NCBI GenBank assembly: GCA_010093605.1
Contig: MU004188.1
Location: forward strand, 437,673-501,672
From: Lophium mytilinum
Taxonomy: Eukaryota
Length of the DNA: 64,000 nucleotides
Direction of reading: 5' to 3'
The notes beneath the pieces were generated by a model, which saw nothing but the letters and a program-made list of their open reading frames with translations, had not been told where the DNA came from and did no database searches. Shown one piece after another: positions 48,474-60,983 of this stretch. How positions within the stretch are numbered: position 1 is the first letter of the stretch; the number at the start of each line of letters is the position of its first letter. A program made the translations under genes and the position numbers.

Positions 48474-49689
48474 GGTGTTGCGTGTTCGAACGAGTACAGA
48501 ATGTGGTTGTGATTGCGATCGTGTTTATTATCTTGAGATGTAGAATCTTACCCTTGGTGGTGAGTAGAAGCCCTCTACTCATATAGTTGAAGGATGTTCT
48601 TGGCTTCTGAGGCAAGTCTATATTAATCCTGCGGTCGTTCGAGTTTTCCATCTATTAGCGATGCGTATGAGGTGTGCCGAGAAACACGAAGAACAGCCAA
48701 GCACCGGATTCAAGATGGAAACACCTAAACGACTAGAAGTAGTGTCAGCACGATCATTGTTAGGGCTAGGTCGGAAGCGATCCGGCGTGTCGCGGAGTGA
48801 TATGCTGGTCTCCACGGCTTAGCGACTAGCTCAGCCTCGCGATCAGCTGCCGGACCTCCGAGTGTTTCTCCTGACGATACGCTGATGTAACTTCCTGTAA
48901 CTTAAGAGGTAGCTCTTCCTCGAACTCTTGTGAACACTCACAAGGTTTGGTGCGACAAAATTCTACTCAGAAATGCTTTATATCTAGGTGTGTTGTGCAT
49001 TCTGATTGGCGGAGCAGAAAGCGGGCTTGACTATCTTTAACCTCCCCTCCATCTCCGCGTTTAGCTTCCACCCATAACAACATTCCATCGCTCTCTCATC
49101 GCTAGGCGAAACTATATTTCAGAGCCTAAGTTCATTAACACATATTCCCCGCACTCACTTTACAAGCTCGGAAACGTTGCCAAAGGGAGGAGCGTGCATT
49201 GGGCGTGTGAACCTTCCACGACATGCCCATTAGATTGTTCACCCTGAGCACAACGATAGATGTACTACTAAATCCTTCGGGAACGTGGAGATTGACCAAT
49301 GGTCGAGAACGCACGTACAACCGAGTTGAGTTGTATGTACGACCTCAATGCTAGTACGACAGGAACTTGGTCCATCACCAACCAAGCACGCGAGTTATGA
49401 TCATATGTCTACGGTGTTCCCGTTACGCTATCGTTTCAGACCTCTATCGTACAAGAAGACGTGGACAAAAACTGTGCTATCTCTGGAGGCTTATTACCTT
49501 CGTTTCGACTGATGATGGAGGATCTTTTTGGAACAATTTCAAACACCTGAAGTGAAATAAGGTGGATATGGAGCGAAACGATATGGATGAAGGCTAGTAG
49601 CTAATTTGTTGAAAGCCGATGAGAAGGCCGGAAGACAGCTGACTCTTTCCTCAGACAGTCACCATTTTGACCAAATCGATATTGCTCCG

Positions 49690-52600
49690 ATGACCTATCT
49701 TGAAGACAACGGCGGCTTGCCTATCAGCTCTGGCCATCATCTCCGACATCACTCATCCTTGGAAGACGCGACTGAGGATTTCGTGCCCGGAAAACAACCT
49801 CCTACCGACACCTCCGAGTTAGAGGGAGATTCTGATGGCGGAAGCAGGACTAAGCTTAGACCTGATGACATGCTTTTTCCACCGTCGTCTTCTTGCGCAC
49901 GTGAAGGTGCAAAATTCACCCCAGCATCGCATTTGACCAATTAAGCGAAGATTTCGGACACCGTCTGCACATGCTGCTGAATTGGATCCAGTTGAGACAT
50001 CAGGAGCTAACATTCACGCAGGTTCTTCGAGATGTCAGTCTCGCAAACGCATTGCAGAAACCCAAAAGAGCTCGAAATCAGTACTGACAGTCGTCATTGC
50101 GGTCTACTCAACCCTGATGTCGGGCTTTTTTATGCTTCTTGCCCTCCTCCAGCCTCGATATGGCACCCACGTATCCACATATGGAGCCTTGACACCGTCG
50201 ATGGTTGCATTGATAACCGCTGTATTGGCAAAGACCATTGAAGTGTCCTACGTTACTGTTTTCGTCAGTTATCTCGGACAAGTGATTAGCCGCCGCGCAG
50301 TCTTGCAAAGTTCGACATCTGGTTTCACGTTAGCGGATTTAGGGATGAGAAGCTGGCTGATGCAGGTATGAAGTGCTCGTTGTTCAGGTCCGTTCAGATT
50401 AACTGAATTGACAGCCTGGATCACTGATTTCGCATATGGAATGTGTTCGATTCGCAGCACTCTCGACCATGGGTGCTGCTGCAATGTTAGTACTTGCAAT
50501 CACAAGGCCAAACTCTGAAACCTACTAATGATAGAAGCGGCGGAGCATTGGCGTCTGTGTGTATACCGCAATCTCGTTCATTAACGTAGCTTGGAATCTG
50601 ATGTCCGTACGATAGCTACTTTACACTACAGCAGCAAACGTTCTCGTGCAGCCTCAAATAAAAAGTAAGTGGAGGTAGTGTTGTATCTTCTACCCTAAAA
50701 TAATCGCGAGGCCCCTTTAGTTCTAATTCAGTGAGTCTTGTCATAGCACATGTACTCGATAAAGTTCTGGAGGGGTCCGTTCGTACTCCGTTCGCAAACT
50801 CGGAATATATTCGACTGAATTGCAAAATACCCGAAGGCCTTGGACGTTCAAGCGAATCTTTCAGTGATTGCTTAACGGTTCTCCAAACCTCTCAGGGATA
50901 CCATAGCTATCAACGATACCTCGCAGCCTGGAGCGATCTTCTCGGGAACAAAACCATGCCCACGCAGAAGTCTAGGCCAACACTCCCGGCTCAAGCGATG
51001 AGCTTCGCCTCGCTCAACGGTATGTAATTTCTGGCGCGTAGATTTGCAAAGCTAATAACACAACCCTTAGAGAATGTATCCATTATCGCGACCTGGATAT
51101 CTGACACGTACTACGATCAACATTTGCCAGGTCGGGCAAATGGGCTTGCAGTCTCCACAGTTATGCTTGGGATGCCCCACCCTGGAGTACCGCAAGCCGC
51201 TATTGATCCCCGACAAAAGATCGTGCAGCCTCGAGTATGTACCCATTTTCTTCTTAGTCAGAGCACCCTCGAGAGTTTCCAAGCTTCAATAGAGTATAAG
51301 ATCACTTCTCAGTCGCAGTACTACGAATAGCGAATAATTGGTATTAGCCAATGACGACGAACATATGATGGTGCTCTGTACAATGGGGACTAATACTCTT
51401 GCTTTAGGACTTGGGCCAACTGGGATCGTACTCTGTTAGGGCTTCTGTTCCTTCACCGTTCCTCCAAATAACATGCGCTGAAGTCACTGGCGCGGACATT
51501 TCACCTTTAATTTTCGCCACTTGGCCAAGGAGTGCGGAAGAGCACGAAAGTTTCCAATCTGACTTCGGCAACTTCGAATTCAATCCAGACACTGATTGGG
51601 CACAGTTCGCAATAAGCAATAGAACAGTTTTGGGTGACCTGTTCGAATGGGGAATTGACAATGTGCCTCCAGGTGAGTAGAAAGATGTGCTGGGATGAAT
51701 TTATTTCTCCCACTCTGATAGCTGACATATCTAGTGTTCGAGACATGGCCTCGACCTAACCATGCTGCCACAAACTATACCCCGTTTTACTCTGATCGGA
51801 GAACCGTATACATTCTGGGAAACCTTCCAGGGAATGATGATGTAAACAATCTTTCGAGAGGCAACTTCACGCTCTGCTCTTTCAATGCAGGATTATCAGC
51901 TCGGTGCTCTACCCGCTTCAATTGCAGCGCATCAGCATCCACATTAGAAGCGCTATGTGACGATCCGGATGATAAGCTAGCCTACCACGTGTCCTCCAAT
52001 CAAAACTCACCCAAAGAGTATGAGACACCATGGAACTACACAAGAATGTTTGTCGACGTCCTCGATGCCATGTCTCTGAACTCATATGGCGACACCATAT
52101 ATTTAGACTCAGGCAGCAACACTAGCATCGCATCGCTCTTCTTACAGACAGCACACACAACGTCTGAAATGGAGAAGCTGATGTCGCCTGCAGAGGCCCT
52201 GGCTATCATGGCTGGCCATTCCTTGGTCATGGCCTCTGTGGACACTCCTTTCGTAAAGTACTGGAACTACACTCAGATATATAATGGGTCAATTTCACAA
52301 GCGATTCAAGCCAATGGCGTCAGCCAGTGGTTCAACACGTCCGTCACGGCGCAGGAATACGCCTCCGGCGGTGTCTACCCTTACCAGCGTCTCTTCAATA
52401 TCGTCCTCATCTACGTATTCATCACTAATGTACTCATGCTTGTGTACTTTATCCGGAATCCTGGTCGCATTACAGACTTTTCTGATCCGCCGAACCTTTT
52501 CGCTGTGGCAATGAACTCCCCGCCGGGTGAGCGTATTGCGGGTAGCTGCGGTGGGGGACCGGAAGGCGACGAGTATCGAGTCATTTGGAATGTTAATCAA

Positions 52601-52741
52601 CATGAAGGCCATGTCTTTCTGGAAGCCGCAGACCAGTTGCGCGGGGTGATGGGAGCGCGGGCTGACGCGGGGACTCCGGACATGGAGTTGGAGGAAACCA
52701 ATGAGACTGTGAGGAAGAGGAGGCGCTGGTTCCACCCCTAA
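49690..52741 (+). CDS. Multi-pass membrane glycoprotein of unknown function (multi-exon; 5' end uncertain)
   Basis: TM segments (AVLAKTIEVSYVTVFVSYLGQVISRRA), an N-glycosylation-rich luminal region, and a C-terminal TM followed by DFSDPPNLFAVAMNSPP. Unexplained frame change near 49930. Confidence 0.7.
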
Positions 52742-54486
52742 TGGGATCTCAAAGGAAGAAGATGACAAACCCCGGTAGAATGGTGCTAGATTGGCGAACC
52801 GCTGTTAGACATGGGGGGCGCTTGGATCAACGTCATCGTCCCAGAGAAGAGTCAATGAAAACAAGATACGATATATCGTAAGTTCGGAGTTGAGACAGCT
52901 TGTCGGCATCTTCTGACTGCGAATTTTTTTCTGTTACCTCTTGATTTGATGGCGACCGCTTTTCATGGATCAGAGAAGTCCTGGTACTCCATACACACGT
53001 GTAGGCGTACTAACATCTGATAACAATACCCACTACTTCCACTACACATGTAGTCAGCAGACTACACATGTCCTACCACTCCAACACCCAAGCCATGCGT
53101 CAAGCGTCCCGCGTCTTCTCTCCCGTCGGCTTCCACGCACAATGACGACGGAAAAAGCACGGCGTAAAAATAGCTTACCACGACGTCGCGCCGCGATGCC
53201 GGAAGGGGCGGAACTGCCTAATCCTAGCTTCTGGTGTTTCATAGGCTCTAATTCATGGTTCTGAACGTCGTGCTACAGTACCTTCGCTGCCTCTTGACGT
53301 GCCGGATGCCTCTAGGGAATGGTGTAGTTACTTGAAAGGCTCACGCGATGATGTCGTTGTTCGCGGCGTCGGAGCAGCGAGCCGAGTAGAAGGGCCGAGG
53401 AGCTTCTAAGCAGGGGCACGACGGTTTCCACGCGGCCCGCAACGCATTGACTTACGAACGCCATGGCGATGAGGTAGGCTCCGACGAGGCTTCAACGCTT
53501 AATCGTGTCCTGAGTAATGCATGTGAGGGGAGGGGATGGCGTTGTTGAGAGGACACGTTTTATGCGTGCGTGTTTCGTGCGGCGGCGGGTGTGGCGAAGA
53601 TGCATGCGTGTGCAACCACCAGCAGTCGGATTTAGAACTCTAAAACCGCTGGGGCTGGTGGTGGCGGAGGCATATGGAGTAGGACCAAACATAGTGGTGG
53701 AGGGTATCGTGGACGGATGATAGGTGTCAGTGATTGATGATAACTTTGGTAGGCTTGGCAAGTACTCCATCTCTATAACATGTGAGCGTCTCCTATTTCG
53801 GCAACATGAAGAGTCTCGTGATAGTCGAATAGACGAGGCTACAGAGTCATGCATCCCGACCAATACAAACGGTACCAATAACATGGACAAACTCTGCAAA
53901 GCCTACCGGCCTATTTCCATGCGCCTAACCAATCCCACCTGACCGAAAATTCTCCTCGCACGAGACACCGACGCCCCGAAGCACACGCCGCGATCCGCGT
54001 GCCTCGCGCGGCGATCGAGTGGTTCGAGAGCGTTCCACCTCCGTCATCCCTGCGACCAAGAGTGCATCTTAAGGCTAAGTTAAGCCGGGTTCAGGGACCG
54101 CGTCGGCCAGGCGCAGCGATCGACGGTATCGGACCCTGCTTTCGCGCGCGCGGGCCCTGCGTGGCGTTTGACGGCCCCGGAACCCTTAGAGGGGAAGGTT
54201 TAGGCCTGGGGATTCGGGTGGGAAAGGGTTTAAAGACGGTGTCCGGCTCCCAGCGTTCTTGAAGCTTCGAGACCGTTATTGTTGTTGAGGAGCCCCCTTA
54301 AAGCCGAACTATATTCTATATTTGGAGTGTATCCGGCTCTGCATCTACTCCTTTTACATATCCTTGGACTATACCCTGGTTCCTGTTTTGGATATCTGTT
54401 TAAGAGTCACGGTTGCCTCTACATTTCGCCTCTTCGAACTTCGACCCAGTTCTATACTACTTTTCAACTATCATACCAATCTCATA

Positions 54487-56603
54487 GAAGGCGCTCCGAG
54501 CTCGTGCAACGCATAGGCTCGTGCACGCATCACCGAAAATCACGCACAACAGAAAAACGAGGTTTTCCACCACAACAAGACTTTCTATACAACTCTATAA
54601 GCACGGAGTTGAGGTAACTAAACCTGCTCTTTCACTCTATCGTAACCACGTGACCCTCCAGATGCTTAGGGGGCTTCCTAGTCCTCCGTGGCCGGCCCGA
54701 GGCCTCCGGTGCATCAATTTCCTTCTCATCATCTATCACAACAATATGCTGTGTTTTTGAAGCCCTTTTTCTCGGTGCGTATAGCTCGTGAGCTCTACTT
54801 TCACCAAGGAGCTGCTGATTGGCTAGCTTTGTAGCCCTGGCCGCTTTATCTAATATCTCTTTAGCCCTTTTCCTATCACGTGCTAGTTTATCACGAATAT
54901 CCTTCTCTTGACAACGTTGAGAGGCCCGTTGCTAAGTTAACGCCTATTGTTCCTCTTTATATATAGCTTTTTAAAGTTTTGCATCTTCTTTAGCATTAAA
55001 AACCCGTTTCTTCTCTTCTTCTTCTTTCTCACGAAGCTTACGTGCTTGTTTTACCTTATTAGGGCTATAGATTGTAGCAAATCCGTGTTCTTAAAGCGCA
55101 AGCTTCTTAAAAAGGGGCTGTTGCCGTGTTCTCTTCCTTTTCTCCTCCTTTATGCACTTACGGAGCCCCTTATTTGTAAGCTTTACGAGTGCAAGCTCAG
55201 CCTTAATCTCATTTACATAACGTATAAATACACGGTTATTCCGGCTCGGTTACTCTCTCTAAATCCTCTCCTTGGCTTCCTTGAACGTTTCTGCAGCCAA
55301 ATTAGCAGTAGGAAGTTCCTCCTGGATAACTGTGCTCTTTCCTCTTCGTAACTTCTCCAAAACAACCTCAGGATTCAAGGGGTGAATTCCAGTCTTCTTA
55401 AAGCCTGAGGCTATATTCTCTAGCGTCATTGTAAGCGCCCAGGCCGCCCAAAAGAGTTTAAAGAAGTTCCTTTTTGTGAAATAAGTATAGCCCTTATTTT
55501 AAAGGTTGAAGCGGTCTAATTACTAATTGTAATACACGGCAAGAGGGGCAAAGAGAGAGACGTCCAATGGCTGTAGAGAGTGCGTTGAATAAGGTGGAAA
55601 GATAAAGAGGAGGATCCTGTGCTCGATGCAGTACTCAATAAAGCCAGCTGTCACGTGTGAACCGTGCCCATTAATAATCAGCAGCCGCCAGTCTCTTCCT
55701 TGGCGCGCTTTTGCCTTTGTTTCTCTATCAAAAACAGTAGTAAGCCAGCCAAGGCCTATCTCGTAAGAGGTCCAACTAGAAGGTAATAATTTAAAGAAGC
55801 AGGAGTGCTCTTTAGGGTTAAAATCTTAAAGCCATGTATCCTAAATATCACCAGAAACGGCTTAATATATAAGAGTGGGCGAGAGCGCTATTCCGTTGGC
55901 GTAGATAGCTGCTACTACTATAATTCACTCTCTATTTCCATCCTGTACGACGTTCTTAAGTGGCTTATTACTCTTAGCGAAGATCCTAAGCTGTTCAAAT
56001 AGGCAGCTAATTAAAAAGCCCTTTTTATCCATGTTGTATAGATTTTGAGGCTCAACGCCATACTCTTTAATTTTAGCGCTCAAAAGCTTAAAGTAGAGCT
56101 CGTAGTAGTGTTCCAAATTAGCCTTCTTCCGGGCAGAATTAATTGGCTTTAGATAGCCTATATCCAGCTAATCTTTATAGTCCTTACACCAGCTATTCGG
56201 CCAGTGCTTTCCTAGCATTTTTCCCGTGATTTCATAGGCCAATTTTCGTAGTACTTCGTGCGTAGGGGGTATTCCTTTAGCCGAGAGGTAGCCTATATAG
56301 GCTAGAAGTGAAGCCAACTGCCCGGCGTTGAGTACCTTTTGAGCATCATAGCCTTCCTCTTTAGAACAAGTAATACCGCGGTAGCGCCGTGAGAGCGTTA
56401 AAGGATGGATTTTGTACTTCTAAGTAATGGCAGCCACCCCTTTTCCTTTGGCAGCAATAGCCTCCTAAATAGCCTCATCAATTTGAGCCATTTTCCGAGT
56501 GAATTGGACAATTTTTGATGGAGTTATGAATTTTTGAAGATGGTGGTGGTGGCGCTCGGTTCGGTGCACGAGCCTATGCGTTGCACGAGCTCGGAGCGCC
56601 TTC
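54487..56603 (-). mobile_element. Tc1/mariner superfamily pogo/Fot1-like DNA transposon, RIP-inactivated
   Basis: Perfect 40-bp TIRs at 54487-54526 and 56564-56603, with TA on both sides. The transposase from ATG 56491 has an HTH-like start, YNMDKKGF, WRLLIINGHGSH and STHSLQPLDV, plus many TAG/TAA stops; the interior is AT/TpA-rich. Confidence 0.95.
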
Positions 56604-56672
56604 TACCTCTCGTCCTCCTGAGATCACCCTTCACTCATCCATCAATCACACCACAATCACACCACAGCCACA

Positions 56673-56912
56673 ATGGCCTCCCCACCACCTCCAAGATCCA
56701 AGTTCACCGAACTGCTCGACACAACCTCCGCCTCTACCTACAACTCCGCTCTCAACGTCAGCCTCGAAGATATTCTAGCCGAGACCCGTCGCCGCTCTTC
56801 TTCGAGCAGCGCTAGCGACACCAACAGCCCCACAAGTCCAACTGCTCCTACGGCGGCCGAGGCCTCGAAGGGGAGGTTACGGCGGATCAGCCTAATGAGC
56901 AAGCATCGATAA
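56673..56912 (+). CDS. Small Ser/Thr-rich hypothetical protein (79 aa)
   Basis: CACAATGG start context and C-ending codon bias: MASPPPPRSKFTELLD...RRRSSSSS. Confidence 0.55.
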   Translation: MASPPPPRSKFTELLDTTSASTYNSALNVSLEDILAETRRRSSSSSASDTNSPTSPTAPTAAEASKGRLRRISLMSKHR

Positions 56913-57859
56913 AACATACAACCTCGAACCTGAAGCTCTTACAAGCAAACGCGCATACAAGCAGGTGGAGGCGCAGTTTGAATTGCGCTGCTATTGCTGA
57001 AAGTGGAGCATCGGGACTGGACTGCGGAAGACACATACGACGATGAAAACGAGAACCACCTAGTGGAAGGAGTAATGGCATGGCATGGAATGGATTGGAT
57101 GACTGCACGACTTCTGGATACCCAGCGCATATGCAACCGCGCTTGAATACGCGTTTAATGGATAACGAAAGGACTTTGATCGCTTGCGAGCGGACTCGGC
57201 GTCCTTGAGTTTGGGGTTTGGATTACGGATTTTGATCTTCTTCATTGTTGAAATTTAGGGACGGTGCATGGTGTATACATTCATGGACGGTATGGGGTGG
57301 GACAAAAGGAAGAGAAGGCCGAAAAGGATTAGGAAAAGCGATCCCTAGATCGTAGAGTCTATGACTCCTCAGGCGTTGATAATGAAGATTTGCCCTACCT
57401 CTTGCACTCGGTTTCTTTTTGATGAATTTCGTTGATGATGCATGCTTTCTTAGGTGAGGCATGATTGGTCTTGGGCAGTACAGACCGATAGGAGTACTAC
57501 ATACCACTTACCACTTATACGGTTACCATCCAAGATATTTATATTGACTTCGTCTCATCATAATCCATCATGTCTTTTCCATGGAATTTACCTGACCTTT
57601 GAACATCATCCCATGCACGATACCGGGAACCTTAGAAGCTAAATTATCTGGGCGGCAGCTCACACAGAGTTCGCTTGCCCAGAATAGCTAAACATGGTAG
57701 GTGGGTAGGTGTCAAAGAAAGAAGGCTGCTGGAGTGGCTCAACACGGTAAACGATCCTCCATGGGCTCATCATTTATGCGAGTAGAGCACCTACACTGCT
57801 AATTAGCAGGGGACAAATACGAGTTGGCTCCTGCACTGATTGGACAAACCGTCCTGCTA

Positions 57860-58198
57860 TAACCCAGCCTTGCGGCGTCGCGCTGTTTGAGGCGTTCTTG
57901 GAAGAACTCCTTCGTGTAATTATGGAACTGGAAAATTACGGCTCTTCCTAACAATTAGAGCGGTCGTCTTGTTGCGGTAATGGTACGCGTCTAAATGCGG
58001 CTTCGTATTGAGCTTCTTTAAGTCGTCTACCACTCGTGGTGTTCCATTTCTCCGTACAACGAATGCCGGAGAGGCAGCCACTGACGGCTGCCCTAAAGGA
58101 GCTTCCTCGACTCGTGCTTGGGCCGTCAAGGGAGTGGAGAACATTTCTATGGCCTTCTTGTCACGCTCCAAAAATCCGTATGCGGCTACTCTAATCAC
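57860..58198 (-). mobile_element. Ty3/gypsy reverse-transcriptase relic
   Basis: ASPAFVVRRNGTPRVVDDLKKLNTKPHLDAY resembles the gypsy RT N-terminal SP.F.V...G..R.V.D.RKLN....DAYP block. YTKEFFQ follows in another frame. No LTRs seen. Confidence 0.6.
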
Positions 58199-58573
58199 TC
58201 AGAAGCCCGAGAAGAGCGACTACGTACCGCAAAGCAGTTCACGCAAGCCGCAAATAGCTGGGAAGTGGCCATCTCACATCCATGGTCGTCGACACAGCCA
58301 CACATCTTCAACACGCTCGCCAAGTAGAGCATATATATAGAGAACTCTCGGGACTCCGCTACCGTCTTCCCGGAGTACCATTGTAGAACCTCTTCTAATG
58401 CTGACCCCCTCCCCACATCTCCACATCTTATACGAGAGACATGATTGTATAGTAAGCTCAAGCTACCTTCTTCAACACCTATATTTCTATAAAGCCCGCG
58501 GCCAACCCCCAAATGCAAAATCATAAAACCCGTACCACTCTCAACTCTGCAGCAAACAGCCCCGCCCGCAACC

Positions 58574-59147
58574 ATGCTGATCTCCTCCAGTCTCTTCCCC
58601 TTCCTCCTCGCCGCTTGCGCCGCCGCCGCTTTCCCCAAAGGCGACGGCCATCTCGTCCGCGTGCCAGCGGATGGCGAAGACGAGATAGCGTAAGCGCCTT
58701 GGACCCTGATGTTTTTACTCCATACTCACAATTCTTGGCAACGCCTCACCTGTTAAAGCCCGCGACGCCCCTACTACAACTGTCCACGGCTACCTCTACA
58801 CGGGCGACTGTACAGGCGACTACTACATCTGGCGCGATGCCACTGAGGGCTGCTACACGTACGTTGCCTCTGCTCTTTCTTTCTCCCCCTCCATCTCGGA
58901 GTGTATAAATCGACCAACACCCGGCACCCCGCTCACATAAACCAGGTACTGGGCCGACGGTGCGCAGAAGCGAATGTACAGTCTCTACCTCGAGCAGCGC
59001 TGTGAAGTGGAGTTCTATGAAAAGTCAAACTGTGGCGCTGTGAATGACGCGATTTATGTGAATTACATTCCGCGTGAGGAGTGCTTTCCGGGGGGGACGG
59101 GGCAGCTTGAGCAGGGATTTATGAGTTCCTCTGTTGATTGTAGCTAG
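58574..59147 (+). CDS. Small secreted 6-Cys protein (3 exons; intron 1 acceptor apparently mutated)
   Basis: Signal peptide MLISSSLFPFLLAACAAAA, donor GTAAGC at 58690, intron 2 at 58859-58945. Mature part: YTGDCTG...EGCYT...RCEVEFYEKSNC...EECFP...SVDCS*. Confidence 0.7.
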
Positions 59148-59355
59148 GGGCTGGATGCGAGGATGGCTCTGGGGAGGAGAGGGGGCAGTAGCGTGGGCTT
59201 TGAGGGGGCGGTATCGTGGGCTCTGAGCATTCAGTATTCTGGCCGTAGCTTGTCTCTACTTAGGAAGGATTGGTTTTGAAGCTATGCTTTCCTACTCCGC
59301 AAGATTCCGATGAGACAATTCATGCTTCAACTTCCATGCAGTTTTGCTAGTTAGC

Positions 59356-60275
59356 TCAGATCACCCCGAAAGCAACCTCTCGTTTAGCGTAGGACAGCTC
59401 CTCTCGCAGAGCAGACATGGAGCCGAGCATAGTCATCGCTGATGTCTTCATCGCAGTAGCTTGTTTTGCGTACTCGACCTTCCTCGCTTCTTCCGAGTCT
59501 CCGCGGTTGTCCATGGCTTTAAGCATGTCTCGCTCTTTTGTGAGAAGATCCCGACAAAGCATGACAAATCGATGCGAGCCGTCGAGGAAAACCGACCGCG
59601 AGGTGATAGGAAAGAACAGTAATGACACCGCCGTAGAAATTCCGAATCCAGTGAGGTAGCATAACAGCAACTGCTTGCACAGGACCAAGCTTTTGTGCTC
59701 CGAACGCACTTCCGGTCCGTTGGTAATTGCGACAATGGAGTAGATAGTGCAGATCAAGAATGGTATCGTGACTTTTGGCCAGGCAGCTCGTAACGCGCTA
59801 ACGAGCCAAATGACGAAGCAAAGGAAGATGGCATTGACAACTGAGGCGGATGAGTTGTAGCTTCCACGCGATTGCCCAAGGGCTTCGGTGTGTTTTCGAG
59901 CTTGCAGTCCGGAGAAGTGAGAAAGGATGGAGACTGCGGCAGCCAGACACGTCAAGAGCTTTCCTTTGAAGTCAGCTGGTATGTTCGCCTTGTGACTGCA
60001 GGATTATGGATCGGACGTACCGTTGCAAGAGCGATGTTCTGCTGGAACCGAGCTCTTGGCTGGAGATGCAGTGACAGTATGCTCGCGAGTGATATCAGGA
60101 AACCGAAGTTGCCATAAACAGTTGCTACTTTTGGACTCCTATACATCCCGAGTGCAATGGTGGGAGGAAGAGCGCCCTTTACCATGAGAAGGGACACTCG
60201 TCCTGTTAGTCCAATGCGCAGTAGAATGCTCTTGATTGTAGCGTACAACATGATCGCTATCTTCTGAGCCTTCAT
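59356..60275 (-). pseudogene. Truncated FUSC/ArAE-like (ER 6TM N-terminal) membrane protein
   Basis: MVKGALPPTIALGMY...QPRARFQQN and TAVSLLFFPITSR...AKREVAFG, with one intron near 60020-59955. It stops after about 290 aa with no room for the usual C-terminal part. Confidence 0.6.
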
Positions 60276-60661
60276 TTTCGATAATAGAAAGCTTTCTAGA
60301 TCGTAGCAGCTTCAAGAAGGGTGGGCACCAACCTCTCCGCCACTCTAAGGCCATATCTTTACAAATCCGCTCGGCGAAACGCATCCCCTTATAAATCACG
60401 ACCTAGTAATGAAGAAGCGCCTAGACTCATGTCAGTCATCTTGCTATTTGAACTTCATAGTGCTCTTTCTGGACGAGAAACCCACCTGCAGCTCAACACT
60501 AGCGGTGCCCACCTCTCCGCCTTTCGCCTCTCCGTGCCATAGCTCACCACGGTGGCATTGGCAAGGATGTTGACATCCAATGAGAACCATACACAATGAG
60601 CACTTGCATCAGCATCACTATTGTCAGGAAACCCAGAGGGCTAGCCACTCTAACAAAGGAA

Positions 60662-60698
60662 TAGCGGCGGACGCAGTGGAATTTAGCGTCCGCCGCTA
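60662..60698. promoter_or_regulatory. Perfect 13-bp inverted repeat with CGG triplets (candidate Zn2Cys6 site)
   Basis: TAGCGGCGGACGC-N11-GCGTCCGCCGCTA between divergently oriented genes. Confidence 0.45.
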
Positions 60699-60983
60699 AT
60701 GCAAGTTAAGACTAACACGTGACCTGTCATGGCTTCGTAGTCTATCAAACGCGCTGTGTAAGCATTGAGGCAGACAAATCATTCCCAGATGTGAGACAAG
60801 GAGGAGGGCATGATCGAGCCGGAGCGATCATGTCAAGGGATACTCCAAGTATATAAAGCGCAGCTTCTGTCTGTCCGGCAGTCAGCAACTACCAAACACC
60901 AGAACTCGGACTTTACTAAGACACTCGAAATCAGAGCATCCATCACCTTCCTCTTAAAGAATAACAAGTACAAACTCACCACC

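Noticed and set aside
52965..54262. Short ORFs and GC-rich palindromic stretches left of the transposon
   Set aside because: I could not derive a supportable gene model or consistent RNA structure.
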